In this document: one piece after another, positions 24,380 to 38,271 of the stretch | How positions within the stretch are numbered: the stretch's first letter is position 1 | Layout of the letters: the number at the start of each line of letters is the position of its first letter | Source: Octopus sinensis | Lineage: Eukaryota | Length of the DNA stretch: 64,000 nt | Assembly (NCBI RefSeq): GCF_006345805.1 | Contig: NC_042998.1 | Span: 120,838,001-120,902,000 of the forward strand | Reading direction: 5' to 3' | Notes under the pieces: model-generated | What the model saw: the letters and a program-made list of their open reading frames with translations, nothing else | The model's database searches: none | Told to the model about the DNA's origin: nothing | Translations under genes and position numbers: made by a program

Positions 24380-24865
24380 TATCACTGTGACATTTGGAGA
24401 TAGCTGTAAAGCAGCAGGATAAACAATATTCTTGGTTTTACCATTTGGTGTGAGTATGAAGAGATTGTTGCCATTTCCAACTCTGGAACAACCAACATAG
24501 AGCTGACCATGGGAAAAGCACTGCTGCATGAGGTGAAGTCCAACAATTTTCAGTGGTTGTCCTTGACTTTTGTTAATTGACATTGCAAAACCAACTCTTA
24601 CTGGAAATTGAAGTCTCTTGAATTTAAAGGGCATGTCTGCTAGGATCAGTGGAGTTCTTGGAATAATCATATTTTCTCCTTTTCCTTGTGCAGTGAGTAT
24701 TGTTGCTTCCAAAGGGTGTGGATGCATTTGCCCAACAATCAGTCTTTTCCATTGCACAACTTTGGGGGATTCACATTTTGCAAAAGCATGATTGGAACTC
24801 ATTTCTTCAATGTCACTTAGTGAGAAGGCATTCCAGGAGAATCCAAAGAGTTAAGAAACTCAGTA
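24380..24865 (-). mobile_element. Helitron-type PIF1 helicase C-terminal fragment (pseudogenised)
   Basis: EFLNSLDSPGMPSH...VPIMLLQNVNPPKLCNG, then after a frameshift RLQFPVRVGFAMSINKSQGQ...FSHGQLYVGCSRV. Confidence 0.85.
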
Positions 24866-26094
24866 GTTATTATTATAGAAGAGATATATATATATTGTGG
24901 CATTGTGTGTGTTTGTCTCCCACCACTGCTTGATAACTGGTGTTGGTGTGTTTATGTTCAAGTAACTTAGGGGTTTAGTAAAAGAGGCCAATAAAAAAAG
25001 TACCAGGCATAAAAAAGAAAGAACTGATGCCAATTTGTTTGATTAAAATTCTTGAAGGTGGTGCCCCAGCATGACTGCAGTCTGATGACTCCGAAAGATA
25101 AAAGAGCCACTAAATTCCTTAGTAAAACTTTAAGGTAAGGGAGGTAACTCTTGTTCACCTATCTCAGTAGTACTAAGGTATTGAAACCTCTCACAGTCAC
25201 TTTACCTGCTAGAAGTAACAACCCAAATGATTTTAAATCAGATCCTAATGCTGGATAATCAAGAAACAGGTGAAGGGCAGATTTTCAATCCTGGGATCAT
25301 CCTGGCTCCAAAAAGGTATAATATGTCTACGTAGAGCAAGTATAGACTGAAGTACAGGAGTCCTAGACGAACAAACAGAATTTTGCTTTTATTAATATAA
25401 ACAGCTGGAACACCTTTGATTGGTAGGTCAGCTTTATCAAGGATGACTGAGACTAAACAACAATTTCCATGCAGTTTCTGTTATTTGTTCATGCAGTGTA
25501 ATTATGAAACAAATTTTTTTGAAACAAAAGTTCCAGTTTCATTATCCTTGGCATTTTTAATCTGAGATATTAAAGAACCCACTCTCTAGAATATATCTTT
25601 AGACTTCTTTAGCTTTACTTACTCTAAGATCTTTTGTTGTCTGTTTTTAGATTTAAGCTGATTACCTTCCATGTATAATTCCATATTTGTCCTTCATTCT
25701 CATTTCATTCCATTTCTAATAGAGAATTACTTAATAATGCTAAGCAGAATGTGTGAGACTAAACAAATGTACTATATACTATATGTATTGTGGTAGTAAA
25801 AAATTTAACTAATGCTGCAGCTGTAATTTAATATACAAGACAAATGTTAAATATCTATACAATCTCTTCATAATCAGAAAATATAGACTCCATAGCTATA
25901 GAGCCATGAAAAGAATATATAATAATTATTTTTATAAGTATTAATTATAGAGAGGCCTAATCAATCCACTTCATATATCAATTACTTTTTATATTTTGGT
26001 CAACAGACACTATTTATGAAGACAATTATTTTATTTCAGACTAGTTTGAAATACAATAATTGTTTAACACTCTCATATAAAAATGTATCTAAGG

Positions 26095-27000
26095 GAAAAT
26101 TTTGAAATGCAGATTGACAATTGCTTCTCTTAGGCTCACACCTTACCTGTTTGCAATTATATTGGATTATGCAATGTGGCAGGCTGTAGTGAACAGTGAA
26201 GACCTTGGTTTTATCATAAACTGGCAAAAATCATGGAAAGTACCAGCAGTAACCGCCACAGACCTGGACTTTGCAGATGATATAGCACTCATACCTAATG
26301 AAATAGATCAAGCTCAACAGCTGCTCAGCAGAGTAGAAACATCAGCTGCTAAAATATGCACACAAATTTCAAGAAAATGGAATGCATGTCTTTCAACCAA
26401 TCAAGTGATCCTGAACTGTTTGCTTTGAGCAGCTCCAAATTGAATGTTGTTGAAGACTTCAAGTACATAGGTGGTGGGTGAGCAGTTTGGAAGCAGACAT
26501 TGAGATCAAGAAGACACAAGTATGGACAGCCTGTCACACACTTAAGAAAGTTCGGAACTTCAAATTGCCCAGGCAAATCAAAATCAAGCTGTTATACTGC
26601 AGTGAAACATGGACACTGACAAAGAAATTATCAAACAGGCTAAATGGATGCTACGAAAGGATGCTATGAATGGCCCTAAATTTGAAATGGCAGCAACATA
26701 TGACAAATGAATGCCTTTATGAAGACCTGCTGAAAGTTAGTAAGAAGATTAGGCAAAGACAGCTGTGACTATAACAGTGATTTTGTGCACCACCCTGAAC
26801 TGGAAGCATCCAAATTAGTTTTGTGAAACCCACTTCATAATGTTGTAAGAAGAGAAGAACGTTGTCACATATCAACAACTTGATTGTAGACACTGACCTG
26901 GAGTGTATTCAGGACATTGAGGCAGTGATGACAGATCAAGAAGTGTGGCAGGTAGACTTTGTTGCTGCAGCCCAGGATGGAACCTGGCCATAATAAATAA
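26095..27000 (+). mobile_element. RTE-type LINE RT/3' fragment
   Basis: PYLFAIILDYAM...DLDFADDIALI, VVEDFKYIG, LLYCSETWTLTK. Confidence 0.85.
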
Positions 27001-28022
27001 TAATAATTAGGCTGTGATATATCAAAGTAGTAAAACTCCCACCACATTTTATAATTCTTTGGGTTTTCATATTAGCAATAGTAAAGAACATTTTAAAGTA
27101 GTCCAATAGCATTACCTGGCTTCATAAGGCAATTTTATATTATGTCTTACAGATGCAGGCATGGCTATGTGATTGAGAAGTTTGATTCCCTACCACATGG
27201 TTTTGAGTTTAGTCCCACAACATAGAACCTTCTATTTATTATAGGCCTACACAGATCAAAGTTTTGTGAGTGGGTTTGGTAGACAAAAGCTGGAAAAACT
27301 TGTGTGTGCACATGCGTGTGTGTGCATATGAATGTACACATGTGTGTATTCATGCATGAATGACAACATTCTATACCTTTTCATAGATATTATTTGATTT
27401 GATGTCATATTCTGACCCCTATAAACTTTATGCTTTTGACCCTGTGTTTTCAGTTTTAAAAAAACTCCCCCAGCCATAAAATATTGTATTGCTAAGTCTT
27501 TGTACAACCTATGCCAGCAAGGAAAACTGGATGTAAAAATGAACAAAAGAATAAATGAATATTTGCATGGAAACATGACTGTAAGAAAATTAAAAGATGC
27601 CAGGTGCAGTTAAGGACCCACTTCTTTCAGTCTGTTTTAATGAAATAAAACTCCTATAAGTCTGCAGAGTTTGTATTAGCTGCAACAAGAGACACTTGTA
27701 AATGAACCAATGATATTGTTTGATTTTGGTTGGCATTTTTATCTTTTGTATTGTCTTGACAGAAAAAAGATTATAAATAATGGGCTGTGTGGCAAGAAGC
27801 TTTCTTCCCAGCAATATTGTCTTTGGATTCAGTCTCAGAGTGTGGCATCTTGGGCAAATGCCTTCTACTATAGCCCCAAATCACTATAGCCTTGTGAGTG
27901 GATTTGATAGGCAGAAACTGGAAGCAGCTTTCACATATATATGTATATATGTATTTACCTATGAGTGTATGTGTTTTGACATCAGGCATTGGTTTGTTAA
28001 CATCCCTGTAACACTGTGTGTG

Positions 28023-28085
<63 letters not shown>

Positions 28086-30399
28086 TGTGCTCATGACTAG
28101 ACATCATCCCTGTAACATCCCTGTAGTGGTTTGACAAATAAAAACTAATAGAATAAGTTCCAGACTTAAAAATAAGTACTGTGGTTGATTTGTTTGACTA
28201 AATTCTTCAAATACTATAACAAGTAAAAAATAAAAAAAGATTTCTCTCTATATTTTCGGCACTTTGACTCAAGTCTGTTAAATTGGACGATCTTATTAAT
28301 TATAAAACTAAGGCAGGATGATCATGGTTGGAATGCCTTTGATCATAGGTCAGCTTCACCAAGGCTGATCTGAAGCTAAACAATAACGATATCCATGCAC
28401 TTGTTTTTATTATTTGTTCCAGCAGAACAAGTATTTTTTTAAAATTGAAGTTAAAGCTTTGTCATCCTTGACATTTTTAATCTAAGCCATTAAAAAGCCC
28501 ACTCTCTAGTATTTATCTTTAGACTGCTCTAGCTTTACTTCCTCTGAGACCATTTGTAGTCTGTTTTTAGATTTAAGCAGATTACTTTCATGTATAATTC
28601 CATATTTATCTTACATTCTGATTTCTCCATCACCAAATTTAACCTCATCTCTGCCATTAAGAATTACTTAATTGTTGAGATGCTAAAACCATGTGTTTTT
28701 AGAAAACATAAACCTAATATGTAGTAAATCTATTGTCATAAATATTTTAGCTACTGCTGCATCTGTAATTGAATACACTGGAAATATGTAAACAAACGTC
28801 TGTTTGTGTCTTTTAGTTTTATCTCTTAGTAAGGAGAGAAAGCAGTGCTCATAACCCTTCACAAGTCCTCCAGTCCTCCAAGACCTGTGTGAGATAGAGG
28901 GATGGATCCCCAACCAGAGGTTTGGTTTGGATGCTTGCAACAGCATGTACTTTGCTAAAGGTATCTGAGCTGATAGATGATGTGGCTAAACCAGGCAACA
29001 GCTTAAGTCTACTGCTCAAGTAGCCTAAGGTGGGATTCAAACTCAGAATGCAAAGATCAGGAAGATATACTACAAGATGGTATGTTCAATGCTCTAACAT
29101 TTTCCCCAGTCCATCACCATAGACTGGCACTCTATCAATCCCAGGAGGATGAAAGGCAAAATTGAGCTTGGTGGATTTGATCTCAGAATGAATGGTGATT
29201 GTGTTGATGGTGGTTGTTGTAGTGGGGTTGTTAGTGGTGATGGTTATGTTTGTGACATGGGTTCAGTTTCTGGACTGACTAAAACATCATGTCCTTGAGC
29301 AAGTTCATGTTCCTCTAGTCTACACAGCTATAATGAGTACCAATGAGTGGCTGGTGCTACACTCTTTTTCCCTCCTGCAGTAACATCTTGGATGCTCCCC
29401 TGGCTCAAAGGGAAATGAATTAAGAGGATGTCTATGTTTCCTTGTGACTACATAGAGATCTAAAACAATTAGCAAAAACAATGTACAAGCATGGTCCCAG
29501 TGGTTCAGAAGTTATTTCCCAATCATGTGGTCTTGGATTCAGTTTCACTGCATGGCACCTTGGACAAGTGTCTTCTATTATAGCCCCTGGTTGACCAAAG
29601 CCCTGTGAGTGGATTTAGTGGATAGAAACTGAAAGAAGCCCATCAAACATGTGTGTATATGTGTGTGTATGTGCGTTCATATGTGCCCATTTCTAGACAT
29701 TATGTGGGGTTGTTTGTTTCCAGCCTACTCCAAAAGCATTCTAGCTATGGGAAGTAATAGTACTTTGCTTGGATACAAGTGAGGGCTGGTGACCAGGAAG
29801 GGCATCTAGTCATAAAAAATCTACCTCAACAAAAACAAATTTTGACTGATCTGTGAAAGCATGTAAAAGTAGATGTTAAAATGATGCTGATGCTGATGAT
29901 GCTGATGATGATGATGGCGGCGGCGGTGGTAGTGGTATTACCAAGCCATACTCATTTGTGAGTGATGGTTGGTTGAATTTTGTAAATATCCTAAAAATAT
30001 AGGATGGTCTTGGCCGGAATGCTTTTGATCATAGGTCTGTTTGATCCAGAGTTGATCTTGATCTAAACAACAGCAAAACAGCTGCAGTAATAAAACCAAT
30101 ATATACCTCACACTTCCTTCCTGTAGAATAAATTATCAACAAAGAAGGGGTGATATCATTGAGAATTTAGAGTCTTAAACTGATTGTGTATGCTGATGGA
30201 GAACAGGGTTCAAGGTTTCAATCCTGGATAATGCTAAGTTTCCTTTAAATAACTGCTTAATCTAAAAAGATTTGGAGAGTGTAAGACTTAAACATGGAAA
30301 AAGAAAATAAAAGAATACTTCTTAGTATTTTACACCCAGTGACCTAATACAGGGTATGGTGTGTGGTCTGGTAAGCGGTATGAATGTGCATATATGAGT

Positions 30400-33200
30400 A
30401 CGTACATGCATATATTTGTGTGTGTGTGTGTATGATATATATATATATATATGTATTTATGTATGTATGTATGTATGTATGTATGTATGTATGTATGTAT
30501 GTATGTATGTATGTATGTATATATATATACATATATGTATGTTTACATACACAGACATGTATGTATGTGTGTGTATGATGATGATGATGATGATATATAT
30601 CTTCTTTCTATCTGTCTATCTATCTATATCTATCTGTCTATATCTATATACATACATACACACATACACACACACATACATACATGCATACACACACACA
30701 CACATACATACATACATACATACATACATACATACATACATACATACATACATACATACATGCACATAAATATATATTCATCTATGTGTGCATGTTTGTA
30801 TATGTATTTATACATATATATGAGATAGTGAAGAGAGAGAGAGAGAGAAAGAAACAAGGAGATTAGCCAATTTCCTAAATGTAGGTCTTCATCCAGGAGG
30901 TGTAAATGATACAGGAAGTGGAAGATGCCTAACACAGATGTTGGCAGGGTGGTGTATGTTTGTAGTGGTAGAGGTTGAAGTAGATGGAGGTTGTGGTGAT
31001 GGAGTTGGAGTTGCGTGGTATAGTGATGGAAGAGGAAGAAGTGGAGATGTTGGATGGATAGGTAGAGAGATAATGAGGTAGTGGTAATGGTAATGGTGGT
31101 GGTGGTGGTGATGGAGTCATGCTCTACCACCACCACCACCACCACCACCACCACCACCACACAGACACATAGAAGTTATTCCTGCTTTTACTACTTCATT
31201 ATTATAGCCATCTTTCTCATCATCATTATCTTCATCATACCTGCTGCTGAAAACATCCTCTGTATCGTAGTCATCATCATCATCATCACTGCTACTATAA
31301 GCATCATGCTATCACCACCACCACATTTCTACCACTCCTACCATCTTACCACCACAACTACCACCACTGCCGCCGCCACCACCATCACCACTACCACCAC
31401 CACCATCATCATCATCATCATACTACCATCATTACCGCTATTACTGCTGCCAATACCACCACCACCACCACCACTTACGCTAACACCATCATTGATACCT
31501 CCTCTCACCAACACCACTACCACTGCTAGCCAATGAGGAAGCCACCAATGTGGTCGTTCATCCTACTAAAAATAGCAGTCATATCTCCCTCAAATCACAC
31601 TAAGAAGGGACATACTAGATGTAGTCCTGGGTTCCCTGCTCAGAAAAAAAGACGAGATGTGATTGGAATGCTTTCAGTCATAGGTCTATTCAACCATGTT
31701 AGACCTAGGGCTAAACAAAGGCAGTCTCTATCACTACCACCACCAGCACCACTACTGTCAACACCTCTGTGACTACCACCATTACACTACCATCACCATC
31801 ATATTTACCACCTCTCAACATAACCGTCATGGACGCCTTCTACCAACACCATTACCATTACTATTGACCCCAACTCTACCATTATCACCACCACCATCAC
31901 TTTGTTACCACATCATGGCATCAAATAGCACCACTAACACCATCACCTTCAAGACCACCACCATCACCATTTGTAGTTAGTGGTGGTTATGATATTGGTG
32001 ATGATGATGATGTTGGCAGTGCCACTGGCAACATCATCATCAATGAACCAACAAGGGAGACCCTTTATGATCACTTGACCTGCTAGATATTCTTTTATTC
32101 TTTTACTTGTTTCAGTCATTTGACTGCAGCCTAGCTGGAACACCGCCTTTTAGTCAAACAAATCGACCCCAGGACTTATTCTTTGTATGCCTAGTACTTA
32201 TTCTATCAGTCTCTTTTGCCAAATTGCTCAGTTACAGGAACCAATATCGACTGTCAAGCGATGGTGGGGGAACAAACACAGTCACACAAACATATATATA
32301 TATATATATATTAATAGTAATGGTAAAACAACAAAAGAATGAAAGAGACCTCGATATTATGTAAATAGAGGAATTTATGTGTAATATAATACGTGACAAT
32401 TATTTGGTTGCCGTAATAAAACTCCAAGTTTCGGATGTTGGGGCGGAAACCTGCACAAGCATCTCTTCAGAACTCAGAACCATGTAGTTGGTAAGGAAGC
32501 TACTTACCACACAGCCACCACTCCTAGCAACCAAATCTCCCCTAAAACAACACCCTACCATCTTAAATGAGAAGAATATGTTGGACAGATTAGTCATCAA
32601 TAGACAAAATGATTGGATGGTCATGGCTGGAATGCTTTTAGTTTTATATTTACTTGATAAGAACTGATATGGGGGCTAACAATAACAATATCAGCAACAA
32701 CTTCCACCTCCACCACCACCGCCACCACCACTAACTAACTTATAACTTCATCATCGCCACCACTGCCTCTGCCAACACATTCACCATCATCACCACCACC
32801 ATCACCACACCACCACCATCACCACACCACCACCATTTTCTTTGCTGCTGCCATCACTAACATCATGACTGCCACAACTCATCAGTTTCAACACTACCAG
32901 TCATACATATCTCACCACCACCACCATCATCATCAACACCAGCACCAACATGTAGTAACCCTTCATTATCTTCTTCTTCTTCTTCTTCTTCTTCTTCTTC
33001 TTCTTCTTCTTCTTCTTCTTCTTCTTCACAATCTACCCTCTGTATCTTAATTTTAATGTCCATATTCATTAATAACAAACACATCACCACCATACATCAT
33101 CTGCACCTAGTTGCATCCCTCCACATTAGTTTTCATCTTTCGGAAACACAGTAAACATTAACAACTTATAAGCTTCTATATGGTGTTTCACCCAGCAAGA
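30400..33200. repeat. Low-complexity tract: (TATG)n, (ATAC)n, (CAC)n/(CAT)n/(GGT)n and (CTT)n with embedded SINE fragments
   Basis: Read directly; source of the poly-T/H/V/E pseudo-ORFs. Confidence 0.9.
32311..32470 (+). mobile_element. Short repeat (family of 15433-15550) inserted into the (TA)n linker of a minus-strand SINE A (3' module 32105-32290, head remnant 32472-32523)
   Basis: Homology to 15460-15550; SINE halves on either side. Confidence 0.6.
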
Positions 33201-33609
33201 AATAGCAGCCAAAACTTAAATAGGAAAGGACACATTGCAAAGATGGTTCTAGATATACAAAAAGAAGCAACAATAAAAAACAAAAAACAGACAGGATGAT
33301 CATGGCCAGAACGTTGTTGGTCATACATCTGTTTGTTTAACCTAGGTCTAAACAAATACAACATGAAATAAAATTCTAACATCAAAGGCCAACATCCAAC
33401 TCTTGGTGGTGTTGGTGGTAGTGGTGGTGGTTATGGCAGTGGCAGCGGTGGCAGGGATAGTGATGTTGGTAGTGGAGCGGAGGTCATCATCTTGTATGTC
33501 TCACCTCAGTTTGTTTTAGATAAGGGACGAAGCTCCCCACCTCTACCACCACCTCTTTAATGCAAAGTACAGAAGTAACTATACTTCAATATTGTAACCT
33601 AGGATAAGG

Positions 33610-33830
33610 CAGCGAGCTGGCTGAATCATTAGCATGCTGGGCAAAATACTTAGCAGCATTTCATCCATTCTTACAGTCTGAGTTCAAATTCTGCTGAAAT
33701 CAACTTTGCCTTTCATCCTTACGGGGCTTAATAAAATAAATACCAGTTGAGCACTGGGATCAGTGTAATCAACTTATCCCCACCCCCAAACTTATTGGCC
33801 TTGTGCCAAAATTTGAAAGGAATAATATAA
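33610..33830 (+). mobile_element. SINE family B, full length (others at 35500-35716 and 45525-45745)
   Basis: gcgagctggctgaatcattagcatgctggg...ctgagttcaaattc...ggccttgtgcc. Confidence 0.85.
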
Positions 33831-34399
33831 TCTAGGATTGTTCAGATGGTTTTCCTAAATGAAGATGATGTGATGTTGATGTTTTACTCCATGTAAGACC
33901 TATGATCAAAAAAATTCCAGCAGTGATCATCCCATATCTTTTTTTATTTTTTCTTTCCAGGCAGATCATACCTGGTTTTTTATTTATTTCTTTTCTTTTT
34001 TTTTTTTTGAGCCAGCAAGGTGTGTTATGAGGAAGATTTGGCTGCTAGTAGGACTAGTGGCTATTTAGATGTTCCTTTGTTGGCTCATAGTCGATAATTT
34101 TATTACCTAGGTAATTTAATTAGTACTGGAGGGTGGATATTCTGAAAGAATACTGGCTAAAGTAATCAAAATGGGTGAAAAAATATTGTAAAGATTTTTT
34201 ATTACCTTTGTTATAGCAAAATAGCACTATTACTAAAATAGTAGTCAAATTTCCCTCAAATCACACCCTACAACTTGGAGATGAGAATCACATTGGCTAG
34301 TGTAGCCCTGTACAAACAGTAAGTGAAATGAAAAATTGAGTGGGTGGGACGATCGTGGTGGAGAGAGACTTTGATTGTAGATCTGCACGATCAGGAATG

Positions 34400-34800
34400 G
34401 CTTGAAGCTAAGTAACTACAACAGCAACAAATAGCTTCTCTGTCTGTAAGAGACAGAATGCAAGAAGTATATGTAAGAATATACAATGAGATAACTGGCA
34501 GACTGATAGTGAATGAGGACTTGAGATGTGATAGATGTATAGTAATAGTTAACAGTAGGAGCGCTAATGAAATGAAGTCCATCAACTGCCCAAACAGATC
34601 CCTGGTGTAATAGATAGCTTCTGTTACCTAGGAGATCTAATTTGTGCTGGAAATAGTTGTAAGGAAAATAAAGTAGCTAGAGTAAAGAAGATGAGGAAAG
34701 AGGTTTAGGGAGTGGTTACTGGAGTTAGAAGTATGTGTAAGGAGTATTGATGCAACAGAGTCAAACAGCTCACATAGCTAAGACTTTTTCATTGGTTCTG
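34400..34800 (+). mobile_element. Old RTE RT fragment
   Basis: gtaatagatagcttctgttacctaggagat = VIDSFCYLGD, typical of the RTE post-YADD region. Confidence 0.55.
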
Positions 34801-36994
34801 TCTAGTAAGTTGTGATTATGCTATGATAGACAAGCATTTTAAATAATATCCAAAAAATCATCTGGTTGATTAGTAAATCTTCCTCTTACAAGCTGCACCT
34901 ATCAGCATAAATGGCAGAGCCCAACCTACTAGAAATGCCAACTTAATCTCCTTAGAGTCACACAACACCATCTTGATAAAAATGGAAAGAAATGTTAGAT
35001 GATGTAGTCCTGCAGCCCTGAAAAGGTGGGGTGCGACAGCTGGAATGCCTTTACTCATAGGCTTGCTCAGTCAGATTTGTCTTGGAGTTAAACAACGACA
35101 CAAAGCAACAATCATTAGCACACTGATGCAGTGTGTTCTCTATTTGTCTCTTCTACCATTACCACAATAGTCCGTTGTTAGACAGCCAGCTGGAGCACCT
35201 ACTTCTCCTTACTGTGCTTCACTCTCATCTCCAAACTCTATACCAAACACTATTCCTCAGTCTTTCTCTCTAGAACTGCAAGCTAATGAGAAGGTGTCTA
35301 TGCAGTTACTCAACATGCTAGAAATAGCAGCCAAATCTCCCTTGAATCACACTCTAGAACATATTAGATAATCTATGTTTGAAAGAAAATGGCATGATTA
35401 GGGTTGGAATACTTTTAAGCCTAGTTCTACTGGTATGGGCACATAATGAAAATAAATAAGTGATGGGTGATAAAGAACTGTATAGGTGGAGGGTATCTAC
35501 GTTAGCAAGCTGGGTGAAATGCTTAGCGGTATTTCGTCCGTTGCTGCATTCTGAGTTCAAATTCCGCCGAGGTCAACTTTACATTTCATCTTTTCGGGGT
35601 CAATAAATTAAGTGCCAGTTACGCACTGGGGTCGATGTAATCGACTTAATCCATTTGTCTGTCCTTGTTTGTCCCCTCTGTGTTTAGCCCCTTGTGGGTA
35701 GTAAAGAAATAGGTATCTATGAAAGAAGAATATGTGGGAAGAAGTAACAAAATTAGATCTCAGAATGTTATGACTCACAGAAGAGATAAAATAAATTGAG
35801 ATGATTGGTTAATATGATGTGTATGGCAGAAAATGAATGAAAAATTATGTTTCAGTCATTTGACTGTGGCCATGCTTGAGCACTGTCTTGAAGAATTTTT
35901 AGTCGAATGAATCAACTCCAGTTCTTTTTTTTAAACCTGGTACTTAATCTAATACACACTTTCATCAAACTGCTAAGTGATGGCAACGTAAACACACCAA
36001 CACACACACACACATACGATGGGATTCTTTCAGTTTCTGTTTACCAAATCCACTCACAAGGCTTTGGTTGACCCAAGGCAATAGAAGGAGACACTTGCTC
36101 AAGGCGCCATGCAATAAGACTGAACCTGGAACCATGTGGTTGGGAAGTAAGCTTCTTACTACACAGCCATACCTGCACCTATATATTAAAATATTGATGA
36201 TGATGATGATGACAATGATGGTGAGATTGATGATGATGATGATGATGACAATGACAATAATGATGATGATGAAGATGATGGTAATGGATGATGATGATGA
36301 TGCCAATAGCAACAACAATGATAGTGATGCTGATGCTACTGCTGATGATTTCCATGATGATAAAGATGAAATAGTGAATATGCTTTTCTCAACATTCTCT
36401 ATTATTTACTGTCTTTCAATGCTCTATCACAATTATACATGATAATTGTATATGACCATAGTTAATGGTTCCAGTAAACAAGTTACTACCACACCTACCA
36501 CAACCATCACCACCACCTGCATACTGTTAAAATATCACCAATTCTTTTATCCACCAGGATGAATGGGATGGTTTTAGATGTGTGAATGGGTATGTTAAAT
36601 GGGTGTGCTATCTAAAAGCTAGTGGGGGTACATAGTCAAGGAAGTGCTAGCTCATTGACATGAGGTGTGAACAGGTATGCTTAAAGGGTGTGGTATACTT
36701 CATGGGAGGCCATATACACATGTCAAGAAATAGCAATCTAATATATTTATATATTCTAAGCATTCTTTTTCCCCCCCTGGTTTTAGTCATAGGAATGCAG
36801 CTATACTGGAAAACTATCTTCTAAGTTTTAATCAATCATATCAACTCTAGTACTTATTTCAGCCTGGTATTTATTTAATGGAGCCATAGTTGTTGAATCA
36901 TTAACTTTCACATTTTGATGCACTTTTGGTAACACTTTCTGAAACATCAATTTTTACATAAACATAGATAAGGATACAGATATAGACACATATA

Positions 36995-38271
36995 TTGGGT
37001 TGGCAACTAAGTTCCCGCCATTTTTTTAAATTTTGGAATTTATTGCGTTTTCAAATTTGAGAATCTATTTTTTTCGAGAATTCTATTTTTGAATCATTTT
37101 GGAATCTATTTTGCTTTTTTTTTTTCTAGTTAATTTAAGTTAATTTTTGTTTATTTTCAGATAATTAAAATGGAATGTCAAGTTAAGAAAAACAAGCATT
37201 TTCAACACCTCCTTTTTGCTTTTAATCAAGGTTCTAAGGCTTCAAAAGCTGCTTGCGACATTTGTGCTGTGTATGGAGAGGGTGCCATAGCTGAATGAAC
37301 CCATTCATTATTGGTATGCCAAGTTCAAAAATGGAATTTTGACCTCAAAGACGCAACTCGTTCTGGCCGCCAAGTTGAGTTTGATGAAGAGCGATTAAAC
37401 CAACTTTTGCACGAAAATTCTCGTCAAATGACAAGGGAACTGGCAGAGAAAATAGAATGCTCCCACACTGCTATAGAGAAACATCTTCACTTGATAGGAA
37501 AGATTCAGAAGTATGGAGCATGGGTTCCGCATGTTTTAAGTGACAACAACAAAAATCAACGAGCCACAATCTCCGCTGGTTTGCTTGCTCGTCACCCTTC
37601 AACTCATGGACACAAGCAATGATTTCTTTACCAAATCGTTAATGGCGACGAAAAATGGTGCCTGTACATCAATATGAAGCAGCGTAAGGAATGGCTTAGC
37701 CCCGGTAAACAAGAAACACCGCGTGTGAAACAAGATCTTCATCCGTGTAAAATGATGTTGTGCGTATGGTGGGACTGGGAAGGGATTATCCATTACGAAT
37801 TGCTTGAATGGAACCAAACGGTCAATGTGGAACTCTATGTTCAACAGATGGAACGACTCAACACTGCTATTCAAGAGAAAAGACCTAATCGGCAGCAGGG
37901 AGTTCTGCTGCATGACAACGCCCGCCCTCAAGTTGCCAATATAACTAAGGAAGCCATTCAAATGCATGGCTGGGAAGTACTGCCACACCCACCTTACTCT
38001 CCTGATTTTGCACCAACGGATTTCCACCTCTTTCAAATGCTATGCGCGAAGTTTCATTCGATACTGAATTGAGAGCTTGGTTGGATCAATTTTTAGAGTT
38101 GAAATCGGGTAATTTCTACCAACGAGGTATTGAAAATTTTGTTGAACGTTGGGAAGAAGTTGTAAACAACAAGGGTGAATACATTATTGATTAATTAGCT
38201 GTTATTTTTTTATTAAACCTTTTAAAAAATTTTAATTCAAAAAAATGGCAGGAACTTAGTTGCCAACCTAA
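36995..38271 (+). mobile_element. Full-length mariner transposon (DD34D type), transposase disrupted
   Basis: ~31-bp TIRs ttgggttggcaactaagttcccgccattttt / aaaaatggcaggaacttagttgccaacctaa (2 mismatches) with TA on both sides. ORF begins ATG 37170 (MECQVKKNKHF); NGDEKW, MLCVWWD, LLHDNARP, HPPYSPDFAPTDFHLF. Confidence 0.95.

Noticed and set aside
28820-29040. Minus-strand ORFs 28683-28946 and 28849-29040 as host exons
   Set aside because: The end (VLEDWRTCEGL*) resembles an RTE LINE C-terminus, and no convincing splice sites were found.
30861-30900. Another hammerhead-like string on the minus strand (ctggatga-agacctacatttagg-aaattggctaatc)
   Set aside because: It needs an insertion in the core box and a deletion before GAAA, and stem I does not pair; too degenerate to call.
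30630-33093. Poly-Thr/His/Val/Glu ORFs as low-complexity proteins
   Set aside because: Derived from (CAC)n/(CAT)n/(CTT)n tracts and SINE pieces; no splice structure or domain.
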